The position numbers and the translations under genes are program-made. From an uncultured Candidatus Entotheonella sp. (lineage in GTDB: Bacteria; Tectomicrobia; Entotheonellia; Entotheonellales; Entotheonellaceae), in NCBI GenBank assembly GCA_965215335.1, contig CBDCDA010000001.1:288001-352000 (forward strand): DNA of 64,000 bases, given 5' to 3'. Numbering within the stretch: the stretch's first letter is position 1; the number at the start of each line of letters is the position of its first letter. The notes under the pieces were generated by a model. The model was given only the letters and a program-made list of their open reading frames with translations. It had not been told where the DNA came from and did not search any database. This document shows, piece after piece, positions 42,845-53,130 of this stretch.

Positions 42845-44833
42845 TCATGGCAAGACAATCCGCCTTGCTGCTTCGATCTGGTTTGCGATTGTGGTGACGG
42901 CTCGATAATCCTGACCCTTCCAGTATAAGGTGCCTTGGTCGGAATAGATGGCAAACAAGGGGAGGAACGGCTGGCCTCCCACACCACCTAGTTCCGGATA
43001 ACTTGCGTCCCGTTGAAAAGTCTCAAAGATTTCATCCGTGTCGTAGATTTTTACAAGTACCGCTTGCTGTAAAGCATTGTTCAATTGGTCATTGCTTTCT
43101 GCCAGGCGCTGAAAGGCCTTGCAGTTCGCACACCAAGTCGCATAGAAGTCTACAAAAAGAGGCTTGCCCTCGGTCCTGGCTCGCTCTTGGGCCAGTGGAA
43201 AGTTCCGCAACCAGCGAAGATTCCCGGAAAACTCCACTTGCGAGGCAGTTGAATCCTCGATTCCTCCTTCTTGTGCAAGCCCCTCTAAAGTGGCTATTGG
43301 TTGGCCTATTCCGGGCACCGTGATCAGAATTCCCGATTGACCTAAGCCATTGTAGAAAAAATGCACGCCCACAATGAGCATAAGGATCCCCAGGATACGC
43401 CGGACCAACTGGCCTTGTGGTGGTGCATCCCCCAGGGAATGAAACAACCCAAGAAAAACGGCAAGCGCGATTGCCAGTATTCCGACAAGGATGGCATGAG
43501 CAATGTTCGGCGGCACAGCCGCGGTTTCCATGGCCTTGAGATAGTAAACATAGGCAACGTAGAGAATAGGAATGCCGAGGAGAAATTTGACCTTCACAAG
43601 CCAAGGACCCGATTGTGGCAGTCTGTTACTGAGCATCCCGACCACGAGAAAAGGTATCCCCAATCCCATGCCAAAACTTGCCATCAGGCCAATGCCACGC
43701 AACGTGCTTTCGGCCGTGCCGATATTTCCAAGCAACCGGGTACCTCCCGCCTGACCAGCAATATCAAGCAGAATGGTTCCCGCAATCGGCCCGACGCACG
43801 GAGAAATGACGAGACCCGCAGTCGTCCCCATCAGGAAGGTCCCAAGGAATCCATCCCGTCGGTTTGCCGTGTTGTCCAATCTGGCTATGAGTGGTGCAAG
43901 AAATTGAAATTCATAGAATCCAAGCATGCTGAAGCCGAAATAGGCGAAGATTCCGGCAAAAGCAAGATTCACCCATGCGTTGGTCATAAGGGCTGAGAGG
44001 GCTGTGCCTGTTGTAGCCGCGAAAACCCCGATCAGGGTAAAGAAGAAGGTGATACCCAAGAAATAGACCAAGGCGTTCAGTCGTCCCAGGCGTCGTGACC
44101 CACCCCCTCGTGCCATGAGTATGGCAGACGTGACCGGAATCATGGGATACACGCATGGTGTCGCCGAGGCGGCAAGGCCAGCTAGAAACACCAGGAGAAA
44201 TACCATGGGTAAATTGGCGAAATGACGTTGGAAGAGTGCTGTCAGTCGTTCACTCAGTGTGAGGACGGGAGCGGATTGTTGGGTGATATTCGCCAAGGCG
44301 GGGGCGGCGTTGTCGACGGCTATTCCTTTTGCGAAATATAACGGAAAGGTTGTAACCTCTGGGGGGTAGCAGATATTCGTGACGTCGTTGCAAATTTGGT
44401 GGTGTAGTGTTGCAGAGAAGGTGCCTACTGGTGGCGGCAACATGTCTTCGGCAGCTTCCAGCCGGAATTCGAACGCACCGCCGTTTCGCAGCACCGTAGC
44501 ATGCACAATGTCGTCCTTGGTGCCCAATGGACGAGAAACCTCACTGACTCGAAAACCACGCGTCTCCAGGGAATCAAAGGCAAAAGCCAAGGGGATAAAA
44601 AGTCCCTCGTCACCCCTGTCCAGGTACCCGTGGTGATCCACGGGGATATGCACATCGACTCGAAATATCGTCAGACCCGTCTGTCTGTCGACCGTGAAGT
44701 CACGTCCTTGGACTACGACCTCGGGAATTTCGGGAAGTGTGTCCTCCAAGGAAAGCTGGGATTCGGCAGGCGTAACAACCAATTGGAAGACCAAGATGCA
44801 ACCCGATAGGAGAAAACACAGCAGCAAATGCAC
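42845..44833 (-). CDS. dsbD: DsbD-like thiol:disulfide interchange protein (Ig-like, CcdA-type membrane and thioredoxin domains)
   Basis: HQICND..CYPP, TPCVYPMIP, SPCVGP, VDFYATWCANCK. Confidence 0.85.
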   Translation of the reverse strand: MHLLLCFLLSGCILVFQLVVTPAESQLSLEDTLPEIPEVVVQGRDFTVDRQTGLTIFRVDVHIPVDHHGYLDRGDEGLFIPLAFAFDSLETRGFRVSEVSRPLGTKDDIVHATVLRNGGAFEFRLEAAEDMLPPPVGTFSATLHHQICNDVTNICYPPEVTTFPLYFAKGIAVDNAAPALANITQQSAPVLTLSERLTALFQRHFANLPMVFLLVFLAGLAASATPCVYPMIPVTSAILMARGGGSRRLGRLNALVYFLGITFFFTLIGVFAATTGTALSALMTNAWVNLAFAGIFAYFGFSMLGFYEFQFLAPLIARLDNTANRRDGFLGTFLMGTTAGLVISPCVGPIAGTILLDIAGQAGGTRLLGNIGTAESTLRGIGLMASFGMGLGIPFLVVGMLSNRLPQSGPWLVKVKFLLGIPILYVAYVYYLKAMETAAVPPNIAHAILVGILAIALAVFLGLFHSLGDAPPQGQLVRRILGILMLIVGVHFFYNGLGQSGILITVPGIGQPIATLEGLAQEGGIEDSTASQVEFSGNLRWLRNFPLAQERARTEGKPLFVDFYATWCANCKAFQRLAESNDQLNNALQQAVLVKIYDTDEIFETFQRDASYPELGGVGGQPFLPLFAIYSDQGTLYWKGQDYRAVTTIANQIEAARRIVLP

Positions 44834-45071
44834 AAGTGCTCCTTACATGACGCCAATGCGAGATTATTGTTTTACACCATCATGTAGAACTCTTGGAAAC
44901 GGTAGGGAATTTCGGAGAGTGGCGAAATTCGCTTTTGTCTCTGCTGTCGCCGGGTTGGTCCTGGTGGTGCGTGCAAGACAAAAGAGACCTTGGCGTATCC
45001 TTTAGGTTGACCCCGATGACCGTCGTCGTTGGGAAAAAGGGCCCCTCAGTGACAAATTCAAAAACAAACCC

Positions 45072-45569
45072 CTAGATATCCTGTAATTCTCTGCGGACAC
45101 GGCTCAGGTATGGGTCGGCAGCCGCTGTTGCTGCCTGCGACGCTGGACAAGACGCGAGCGATGGGTCTTGCTTGCGGGCATGAGGCCGCCTCACCCACCT
45201 TGTGGCGAGCATGATAATCAAGCCGGCGCCGTTCAGGAGTGCGAAGGCAGGTAAGAGCCACACCGCCAAGGTGAAACCGCGCTTAGGAGGGGAGGCGAGT
45301 ACTTCTTCACCGCTGATGTTGATGAAATACTGCATGATTTCATCTTTGGACACCCCTTCGGCTATTTTCTGCCGTATCAACTCCTGCCATTGGCCAGCAT
45401 GTTCACTCGTGCAATTCAACAACGTGCGTCCCGGGCAGGCAGGGCTCATAAGCTCTCCAGCAATGTCTTGCCACACCGGTTCTTGCGCCGAAACGGATGT
45501 GTGCAGCGCGGTCAGCGCCACAACCACAGTGATGAATTGAGCGAAGAAACTGTTCCCTCCTAACACCAC
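45072..45569 (-). CDS. Cytochrome c biogenesis protein, CcmH/CycL-like
   Basis: ELMSPACPGRTLLNC, GVSKDEIMQYF, GEEVLASPP, followed by a WLLP TM helix. Confidence 0.75.
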   Translation of the reverse strand: MVLGGNSFFAQFITVVVALTALHTSVSAQEPVWQDIAGELMSPACPGRTLLNCTSEHAGQWQELIRQKIAEGVSKDEIMQYFINISGEEVLASPPKRGFTLAVWLLPAFALLNGAGLIIMLATRWVRRPHARKQDPSLASCPASQAATAAADPYLSRVRRELQDI

Positions 45570-45641
45570 TTACTCCTTACCCGGTCGCGGATTGATGATA
45601 GAGTCTCCAAAACCGTTGAACTCCTACGGCCAACGGGAGGA

Positions 45642-46367
45642 CTAGGTGGGCCAAAGCAGAATCAAACGACAATGGGGACAGGTATTGAGAGATGCCTGCA
45701 ACCGTATTTCGGAAACCAATTGTGGCTGAATTTTCAGATGGCAGCCGCCACACACACCCTCTTCGAGGTGCACGACAACGGAACCGCCGTTCTGCGTCGC
45801 CAGCCTTTCATAGACTTCCAACAACTCCGCATCCAGGCCGACGGCGGTCTGGCGTCGTTTCTCCCGTTCGGCCAGAATTTCCTGGTTCAGAACTTCTGAA
45901 GCCTGCTCCACGGCATGCCCTTGTTCCTGCAGGACATTGTGCGTCGCACGCACGCGTTGTTCCTGCAACCGCTTCGCCTGGCGTTTTTGCTCCGCCTGCT
46001 CCATGAGCTGTAGTAGCTGATCCTCCATGGACATCATCTGCTGCTTGCCGGCATTGATTTCGGCAAGCACGGCGCTGTATTCCTTATTGGTCTTCACCTC
46101 GCGGAGCTTATGCTGAACCTTGTCGAGGGCATCCTGAGCACTTTGCAGTCCCATCTCCAAGTCGTGCTGCTGGCGTTCATTGCGGTCGATTTCGGCTTGT
46201 ACCGATTCCAACTCCTCGCACGCCTCGTTATGGGCACGCTCAGGTGTCTCAAGTTTTAGCGGAAGAGCCTGATGTTTTCTGCACAGTGAACGCAAACGGT
46301 CATCGAGCTTTTGCAAAGCCGTCAAGAGTACCAACTGGCCACGCACCGTCCATCCTTCCTTGTTCAT
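45642..46367 (-). CDS. Coiled-coil protein with C4-type zinc ribbon (DUF164/CT398-like)
   Basis: LQKLD at the N-terminus, KTNKEYSA, C-terminal CGGC...CPHC. Confidence 0.85.
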   Translation of the reverse strand: MNKEGWTVRGQLVLLTALQKLDDRLRSLCRKHQALPLKLETPERAHNEACEELESVQAEIDRNERQQHDLEMGLQSAQDALDKVQHKLREVKTNKEYSAVLAEINAGKQQMMSMEDQLLQLMEQAEQKRQAKRLQEQRVRATHNVLQEQGHAVEQASEVLNQEILAEREKRRQTAVGLDAELLEVYERLATQNGGSVVVHLEEGVCGGCHLKIQPQLVSEIRLQASLNTCPHCRLILLWPT

Positions 46368-46395
46368 GGATGAAACCAGATCACTTGTGGTCAGG

Positions 46396-46468
46396 TGGGC
46401 CCACCTGGCCTCGAACCAGGGACCTACCGGTTATGAGCCGGGGGCTCTTCCAACTGAGCTATGGGCCC
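46396..46468 (-). tRNA. tRNA with CAT anticodon (probably Ile2, lysidine-modified)
   Basis: GGGCCCA/TGGGCCC stem, CCCGG-CTCATAA-CCGGT arm; lacks initiator features; lies downstream of rpoD. Confidence 0.88.
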
Positions 46469-46591
46469 ACTTGTCCTGGGAGTTGTTTGCTCCCGGAGCC
46501 TGGGTGAGTATCGTATAACTTGTCAAGAGAAACGAGAGAAAAGGGCCTCTTCCCGCAACCAGCACCGCCGGGCAGCACGGAATTGCCCGTA

Positions 46592-48352
46592 TCACGCATG
46601 CTCGGCGGAGTGTCGCAACATCCTGCTTCGACTGGGATGGCGCAGCTTACGAAGTGCCTTGGCTTCGATCTGCCGCACTCGCTCACGGGTGACGTCGAAA
46701 TCGTGTCCGACTTCTTCAAGGGTGTGCGCCATATCCACACCGATGCCGAATCGTTTGCGTAGTACGCGTTCTTCACGCGGCGTGAGCGTTTGCAGCACCT
46801 TGAGCGTCTGTTCCTTCAAATTCGTGCGAATCACCGATTCGGCAGGCGAGGTAATTTTCTTGTCTTCGATAAAATCACCCAGGTGGCTGTCCTTTTCCTC
46901 ACCGATGGGCGTTTCCAACGAAATGGGCTCCTTGGCGATCTTCAACACCTTTCGCACTTTGTCCACCGGCAAATCGAGGCGCTGGGCAATCTCCTCCGGC
47001 AGCGGCTCGCGGCCATTTTCCTGCACCAGCTGACGCGTCGTCCGAACGAGCTTGTTGATTGTCTCAATCATGTGAACCGGAATACGAATCGTCCGTGCCT
47101 GGTCCGCGATTGCCCGCGTGATCGCCTGCCGAATCCACCAAGTGGCATAGGTACTGAACTTATAGCCGCGGCGGTATTCGAATTTGTCCACCGCCTTCAT
47201 GAGGCCAATGTTGCCCTCCTGAATGAGATCAAGGAAATGCAGGCCGCGGTTGGTGTATTTCTTGGCAATGCTGACCACCAATCGGAGGTTCGCCTCCGCC
47301 AATTCGCGTTTCGCGTCGCGGTCCTTCTGCTGACAGTGGTAAACGCGCTGCAGCATATCCACGAGCTCTTCGCAGGTGAGACCAATTTCCGGCTCATACC
47401 GATGCACGATACGAAAGGCTTCCTGCACCCAGTACTCGAGACCCGAACATTCCGGCTGCGGGTGTTCTACGGCGGAACCGTTACAGGTCATCTGCGCATG
47501 GTGTTCGTGCATACAGCGATGGAAGACCTTCCCGTCACCATTAGCCTGCCGCACGCAAGAAGCAACGTTGCGCTCGCAGGCGCGCAGACGCTGCAACAGG
47601 CCATTGCTTTCGTTCACGATAATGTCAATGAGCTCGGCACTGAGATTGAGGTCCTTGGTCAACTTGGTGATGACATTGCCCAAATTTTTCTCTTGCTTGA
47701 GCAATTCCTTGCGTTGTCCGGCAGTAAGCGTGTCGGATTGTGTCTGCGCTCGCAAATTGTTGTTTTCGGCATAGAGTTCACGCAGGCGGTTGACAACCTT
47801 GTTCATCCTTGAATCGGACGGCATCCATGACTCTTCCGTCGTGGCACTTTCCTCTAACTTGAGATCGTCTTCCTCACTAACCACGCCTTGGCTGATGTAT
47901 CCCCTTGAACCGAGCTCCAACAACCCCCGCCCGACAAACGTATTGGACACGATTGTCTGCACAACTTCATTGTGCGCGTCTTCAATGCGCTTGGCTATTT
48001 CGACCTCGCCTTCACGTGTCAGCAGGGGAATAGATCCCATTTCGCGGAGATACAAACGCACCGGGTCGTCTGTCTTTCCCAACACATCTGCCGACAAATC
48101 GATCAACCGACCCTCGTCGATATAATCCACCGACAAGCCGTTGTCATGTGCAACGGAGGTCCTCTCGGATACGTTTTCAGGCTCAATAAGGTCCAGGTCC
48201 AAATCGCCAAACGTGATCAACTCGTCAATCTGCTCAGAAGACACAGCCTCACGAGGCAGAATGCTGCGCACCTCCTCGTAAGGAAGATGCCCCTCCGCCT
48301 TGCCCAGGGAAATCAACTGTTTGACTTCACCACGTCTGTCTTTCTTTGCCAT
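46592..48352 (-). CDS. rpoD: Primary sigma factor sigma70
   Basis: Region 1.1, [38 protein letters not shown]. Confidence 0.97.
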   Translation of the reverse strand: MAKKDRRGEVKQLISLGKAEGHLPYEEVRSILPREAVSSEQIDELITFGDLDLDLIEPENVSERTSVAHDNGLSVDYIDEGRLIDLSADVLGKTDDPVRLYLREMGSIPLLTREGEVEIAKRIEDAHNEVVQTIVSNTFVGRGLLELGSRGYISQGVVSEEDDLKLEESATTEESWMPSDSRMNKVVNRLRELYAENNNLRAQTQSDTLTAGQRKELLKQEKNLGNVITKLTKDLNLSAELIDIIVNESNGLLQRLRACERNVASCVRQANGDGKVFHRCMHEHHAQMTCNGSAVEHPQPECSGLEYWVQEAFRIVHRYEPEIGLTCEELVDMLQRVYHCQQKDRDAKRELAEANLRLVVSIAKKYTNRGLHFLDLIQEGNIGLMKAVDKFEYRRGYKFSTYATWWIRQAITRAIADQARTIRIPVHMIETINKLVRTTRQLVQENGREPLPEEIAQRLDLPVDKVRKVLKIAKEPISLETPIGEEKDSHLGDFIEDKKITSPAESVIRTNLKEQTLKVLQTLTPREERVLRKRFGIGVDMAHTLEEVGHDFDVTRERVRQIEAKALRKLRHPSRSRMLRHSAEHA

Positions 48353-48385
48353 AGTTGATCGGACCTCTCTCCTGGATGGCGCTTC

Positions 48386-50218
48386 TTACCGGCTAGCGGG
48401 TAACGAGAGATGTTGGGTATTCATAGCCTGCAAAACCGCCTGCTGCCTCTCCTTTACCAACAGCGTTGCTTGCTCCAACAGACGCTGTCGCTCAGCCTCG
48501 TCGCTCTCAGACTCGAGTCGCTGTTTGACTTGCTCCAACTGAAGCTTGTATCGACGTTGACGCATCTTTTCGAGACAATCGTGCATGACCTGAGCATCTC
48601 CCGTGGATGCGGGCGGCAGAGATTGCACGGCCATCTGGGTGAGAAGCATGTCTTGCTTGTCGCTCGCCTCGTCATGCAGCTTCTGGGACCAGCGTTCGTT
48701 CTCACCATATGGGGCAAACTGCAACAGGAGCGAGTAAACGCTGCCGAGGTCGGCATCCGTGAAATCGGTGGGGGCTACGTGGGAATCGACCTTGGACAGC
48801 AGTTCCGGCCGGTGATACAGCAAATGCACCAAGTCGTACTCCTCAGGAAACCGCCTCGTTACTGGACGCGACGGGAGCGGGTCAGCCTGCCGTCGCGAAG
48901 CCGGGGTACGATGTCCAGCCGTTCGCGCAAAAAGCTGTCGTTTTAAATCCTGCGGCGGGACCCCGAGTTTTTCGGCCAGGAATGCCAGATGGCCCCACTG
49001 CTCCACCTCGTTTTCCACCTTCCGCAGGAGGGGCACGATACCTTCAACAAAATCCCCACGACCGGCGGGCGTTTGCAGGTCAGAACCGTGCCGTGCGCGA
49101 GCCACAAGATAGGCCGGGAACGTCATGGCGTTCTTGACGCAGCCCAGAAATTCTTCCCCCGTGTGGTTCCGCAAGAAGCTGTCAGGATCCTCCGAGGCGG
49201 GAAGCGTCGCGATGCGCACCCGAACCCCCGCGTCCAGGAACAGCCCAATGCCGCGCTCCGCAGCCTTACCGCCCGCCGCATCGCTATCAAAAACCAGAAC
49301 GGCCTCCTTGACGGCGCCTCTCAATTGCCCGACGTGACGGCCGGTCAGCGCCGTACCCAAGGTGCCCACGACGTTCGTCACACCCTGCCTGTGGCAAGCA
49401 AGAACATCCGTATAGCCTTCAACGACGATCACCTGCTCATGCTGACGTATTGCCTGGCGCGCCAGGTGAAGACCATAAAGCGTTTGCCCTTTGTGGAAAA
49501 TGGGTGTCTCTGGCGAATTCAGATATTTCGGCCCGTTATCCTCGGCAGACTCGTCAAGCGCGCGTGCACCGAACGCCACTGGACGGCCCAACCGGTCGTG
49601 AATCGGAAATACGATACGATTCCGAAAACGATCATACACGCGCCGCTGCGGTTCGCGGGCAACCACAAGGCCGCCCTGGACTAGCAACGCCTCCGCGAAT
49701 CCCTGCTGCAGCATCGCCTGCCTTAAGGCATCCCAGGCCGGTGGGGCATAACCCAACTCGAAACGGGCTGCCAGCTCACCGGAAATCTGGCGTTGACGAC
49801 AAAATGCGCGCCCAGCCTCGGCAGCCGGGTCGCGCCGCAAGCCATCATGAAGGAAGGTGGCGGCGGCCCGAAGCAGATCATACAGCGACTCATGCCTATC
49901 CGGCTTTTGGGCTGTATGCGTCTCCGGGATATGCACCCCGTAGCGCGACGCCAACATTTGAATCGCTTCGGGAAACGTCAGCGACGCCTGTTGCATGAGA
50001 AAGCCCGCCGCGTTTCCTTTGGCCTGGCAGCCGAAACAATAAAAAAAACCCTTCGCCGGACTCACCGTGAACGAAGGGGTTTTCTCGTTGTGAAAGGGGC
50101 ACAACCCCTTATGGTTTTCACCCGTCTTCTTGAGCAGAACATAATCACCGACGACATCGGCAATATCAGCCCTGAGCAGGACTTCCTGAACAATCTCTTC
50201 AGGAATGTACTGGCTCAC
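48386..50218 (-). CDS. dnaG: DNA primase
   Basis: CPFHNEKTPSF zinc finger, KYLNSPET, VEGYTD, FDSDAAG TOPRIM motifs. Confidence 0.97.
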   Translation of the reverse strand: MSQYIPEEIVQEVLLRADIADVVGDYVLLKKTGENHKGLCPFHNEKTPSFTVSPAKGFFYCFGCQAKGNAAGFLMQQASLTFPEAIQMLASRYGVHIPETHTAQKPDRHESLYDLLRAAATFLHDGLRRDPAAEAGRAFCRQRQISGELAARFELGYAPPAWDALRQAMLQQGFAEALLVQGGLVVAREPQRRVYDRFRNRIVFPIHDRLGRPVAFGARALDESAEDNGPKYLNSPETPIFHKGQTLYGLHLARQAIRQHEQVIVVEGYTDVLACHRQGVTNVVGTLGTALTGRHVGQLRGAVKEAVLVFDSDAAGGKAAERGIGLFLDAGVRVRIATLPASEDPDSFLRNHTGEEFLGCVKNAMTFPAYLVARARHGSDLQTPAGRGDFVEGIVPLLRKVENEVEQWGHLAFLAEKLGVPPQDLKRQLFARTAGHRTPASRRQADPLPSRPVTRRFPEEYDLVHLLYHRPELLSKVDSHVAPTDFTDADLGSVYSLLLQFAPYGENERWSQKLHDEASDKQDMLLTQMAVQSLPPASTGDAQVMHDCLEKMRQRRYKLQLEQVKQRLESESDEAERQRLLEQATLLVKERQQAVLQAMNTQHLSLPASR

Positions 50219-50221
50219 TTC

Positions 50222-52549
50222 TTATCCTTCAAGTTCAACGACCGTTACGCCGCCACCCGCATCGCCAGCCTGAAAGCGTCGGACGAGGGGGTGGTGTTCA
50301 AGCACGGCGACAAGGCCCGCCCGCAACCGTCCGCTGCCGATGCCATGAATAAGCCTTACACGGGGAAAGCCTTGCAAGGAGGCTTCGTCAAGGTATTTCT
50401 CGACCGCGGGTATCGCCTCGGATAGCGTGGCGCCGCGCAAATGCAATTCGGGAGCCAACGATGCAGGAGGCGCCGACCATCCGGTGCCATTGGGACCGTC
50501 TCTCGAGACTTTCGCATTATCAGCCTCGGCGCGTTCGAGTTCCGAAGCAGCCACGATAATGGTCTTGCTGCCGACTTCGACCGCCACGCTGCCCGTACCC
50601 GTGACTGACGTGCGTAGCTGGCCCTTGATGTTGAGACCTCGCACTCGCACGTCGTCTCCCACCTGCAAAGACGGTGCAGGCCGAGGCGACGCCAGGGCAG
50701 GGGCCAAGGACTCAATCGTCTCCATGGCGTGCTGCCATTCTTCACGCGGAAAGGCAGCAGGCGTGCCGTTTCCAGACTGCTGACGGAGGGATCCCAAAAG
50801 GATGTCGAGTTCCTGCCTGGCCGTCTTGAGCAGTGCTTGGCCCTCACGAAAAAACACTTCACGAATACGCCGCTCTTTGGTCGAAGCGTCGGACAAAATT
50901 CGCTGCGCCTCAGCATGCAACCGCTCCGTCTCTTCTTGCTTTTGGCGTATGCGCTGCTGCTCATCATCCATGGCCTGACGTGTTGCCTCCAAACGAGCCA
51001 GGAGAGACTCGCCGCGCATCTGGGTCGCACCGGCCTCTTGCTCGGCCCGAGCGATGATCTGCGCTGGAAATCCCAGCTTCCGGGCAATGGCAAAGGCTTT
51101 ACTGCGCCCCGGCAGACCATGAACAAGTTGATAGCGCGGCTGCAGCGTATCCAGATCAAAATCGACCGCCGCACAAACAATATCCGGAGTTGCCATGGCG
51201 AAAGCCTTGATGGCGCTATGGTGCGTCGTAACCAACGTTAGCGCCTCGCTGGCATGGAAGTACTCCAGAATTGCCGTTCCCAGCGGTCCCCCTTCCGATG
51301 GGTCCGTGCCAGCTCCCAGCTCGTCCAAGAGCACCAGAGAGTCGCCAGACGCCTGCGTTGTCATGGCGTGAATGTTCTTCAGATGAGCAGAAAACGTACT
51401 GAGGTTTTGCTGCAGGTTCTGTTCGTCTCCCATGTCGACAAAAATCTCTCGGCACAGGGGGAGTTCACTCTCGGCGTGTGCGGGAATGTGCAAGCCGGAC
51501 TGAGCCATCGCGCTGAGCAATCCCACCGTCTTGAGCACTGCCGTCTTGCCGCCGGTGTTGGGTCCAGTAATAACCAATGTACGCTCCTGCGGCCCCAAAC
51601 GAACGTCAATCGGAACCGGATCCGTCAGCAGCGGGTGGCGCGCCGCGACAAGCCGCAACCGCTTCTCCGTGGTAATACGGGGGGCGATACCATGCATGCG
51701 CCGGCTCAGTCGGCCCTTGGCCGCAATCAAGTCGACCTCCCCAAGCAGTTGCAGCCCCTGCTGAATGGCGACGCGCTGAGTCGCCAATCTGTCGGTGAGT
51801 TCGCGCAAGACCTTTCGTACGGCCCGTTCCTCCTTGGCGCGGGTCTGCAATAAATGATTGTTGAGACCCACCACGCTGTCCGGTTCGACGTACACGGTGG
51901 CACCGCTGGCCGATTCCCCGTGCACAATACCCCGCAGGAGGCGACGGAAATCCGTCTTCAGCGGCACAACAAAACGGTCGCTGCGGATCGTCACAACAGC
52001 ATCCTGTACCACCGAACTGTGCGTAGCCATCAGCCTCAGCAAAGTACGGTGAAGGTGCTCGCTGGTATGATTCAATGTTTTCCGGATTTCTTGCAGGAGC
52101 GGGCTGGCGCTGTCACGCACCGCGCCTCTTTCATCTACAGCACTACGAATCTGACGCAGGAAAATGCTGAAGTCCGAGAGGGGAGCCAACCGACGTGCGA
52201 GGAGGGGAATGCGCTGGGAGTTATGCCGGGCAAATCGTCGGAGATGCTGAAAAACCTCGAGACAATCAGCCACTTCCAGAAGTTGTTGCCCTTCCAGGTA
52301 ATACCCGGCGAGTTGCGCCGCTTCCATATGGAAGCGGAGATCAGCGACCGGTGCTAAAGGCGGATCATCGCCAGCGGCCAGCAAGTCCGCCATTTCGGAG
52401 GTTTCGCGTAACTGGGCATCCAGCAAGGCCATATCCGCATGAGGTTGTAATTGCTGAGCCAGGGTTTGACCCACGGGCGTGACGGTGTAGGTCCGCAATT
52501 CGTCTCGAACGAGAGGGTAATCCAGCACCTCAACCGTATGTTCATTCAT
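50222..52549 (-). CDS. mutS2: Endonuclease MutS2
   Basis: ITGPNTGGKT, LSTFSAH, DELGAGTDP, C-terminal Smr domain IHGIGSG. Confidence 0.95.
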   Translation of the reverse strand: MNEHTVEVLDYPLVRDELRTYTVTPVGQTLAQQLQPHADMALLDAQLRETSEMADLLAAGDDPPLAPVADLRFHMEAAQLAGYYLEGQQLLEVADCLEVFQHLRRFARHNSQRIPLLARRLAPLSDFSIFLRQIRSAVDERGAVRDSASPLLQEIRKTLNHTSEHLHRTLLRLMATHSSVVQDAVVTIRSDRFVVPLKTDFRRLLRGIVHGESASGATVYVEPDSVVGLNNHLLQTRAKEERAVRKVLRELTDRLATQRVAIQQGLQLLGEVDLIAAKGRLSRRMHGIAPRITTEKRLRLVAARHPLLTDPVPIDVRLGPQERTLVITGPNTGGKTAVLKTVGLLSAMAQSGLHIPAHAESELPLCREIFVDMGDEQNLQQNLSTFSAHLKNIHAMTTQASGDSLVLLDELGAGTDPSEGGPLGTAILEYFHASEALTLVTTHHSAIKAFAMATPDIVCAAVDFDLDTLQPRYQLVHGLPGRSKAFAIARKLGFPAQIIARAEQEAGATQMRGESLLARLEATRQAMDDEQQRIRQKQEETERLHAEAQRILSDASTKERRIREVFFREGQALLKTARQELDILLGSLRQQSGNGTPAAFPREEWQHAMETIESLAPALASPRPAPSLQVGDDVRVRGLNIKGQLRTSVTGTGSVAVEVGSKTIIVAASELERAEADNAKVSRDGPNGTGWSAPPASLAPELHLRGATLSEAIPAVEKYLDEASLQGFPRVRLIHGIGSGRLRAGLVAVLEHHPLVRRFQAGDAGGGVTVVELEG

Positions 52550-52593
52550 TCATGCACCTGCGTAAGGCATGGAAAACAGATGTCAAGATGCCC

Positions 52594-52791
52594 TTAGATA
52601 CCGAGCAACATCCGAGCCTTTGCAGCCTTCTTCCGAGCCGCGATGACTTTGCGTTTCCGCTTCACGCTCGGTTTCTCATAATACTCGCGCTTGCGAATCT
52701 CAGACAGAACGCCTGCTTTTTCACACTGCTTCTTAAAGCGTCGAAGAGCGTTCTCAAAGGGCTCCGCTTCGCGGACTTTCACTGCCGGCAT
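52594..52791 (-). CDS. rpsU: 30S ribosomal protein S21
   Basis: [27 protein letters not shown]. Confidence 0.97.
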   Translation of the reverse strand: MPAVKVREAEPFENALRRFKKQCEKAGVLSEIRKREYYEKPSVKRKRKVIAARKKAAKARMLLGI

Positions 52792-53013
52792 ACGTATTGA
52801 ATCCTTCTTCAAGTAAGAGCAAAACAGCAACTTTGAGCAATGGTAAAGCAGCAGGGCTATGCCCATGCAGGCTACGGAAGAGAAGCCCTTGCACGATGGC
52901 AACGGCCGTCAGAATCGGAATGTTGTGCGTGGCTTCCAAATATACGTCCTGGAATTGGAGTGTCAAGGAAAGGGGCGGATACGACCGACAAAACCGACGG
53001 TCGAGATCGTTAC

Positions 53014-53083
53014 TAAAGTGCGTTCACTTTGAAACCGAGAATCAGAGAGACCTTGTCCGGTTGCAGCAAGACGGAACGCACAT
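53014..53083. repeat. Second, internally shortened copy of the MITE-like repeat
   Basis: TAAAGTGCGTTCACTTTGAAACCGAGAAT..CAGAGAGACCTTGTCC.GTTGCAGCAAG then ACGGAACGC, matching both ends of the element at 10908-11023. Confidence 0.8.
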
Positions 53084-53130
53084 CAAACCCTGACAACTTC
53101 TTTCGAGAGTCGAGCAACGCATGGGCGCCT

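Noticed and set aside
44834..45641. RNase P, SRP or 6S RNA near the zinc-ribbon gene
   Set aside because: I could not find the conserved rnpB or SRP sequence motifs.
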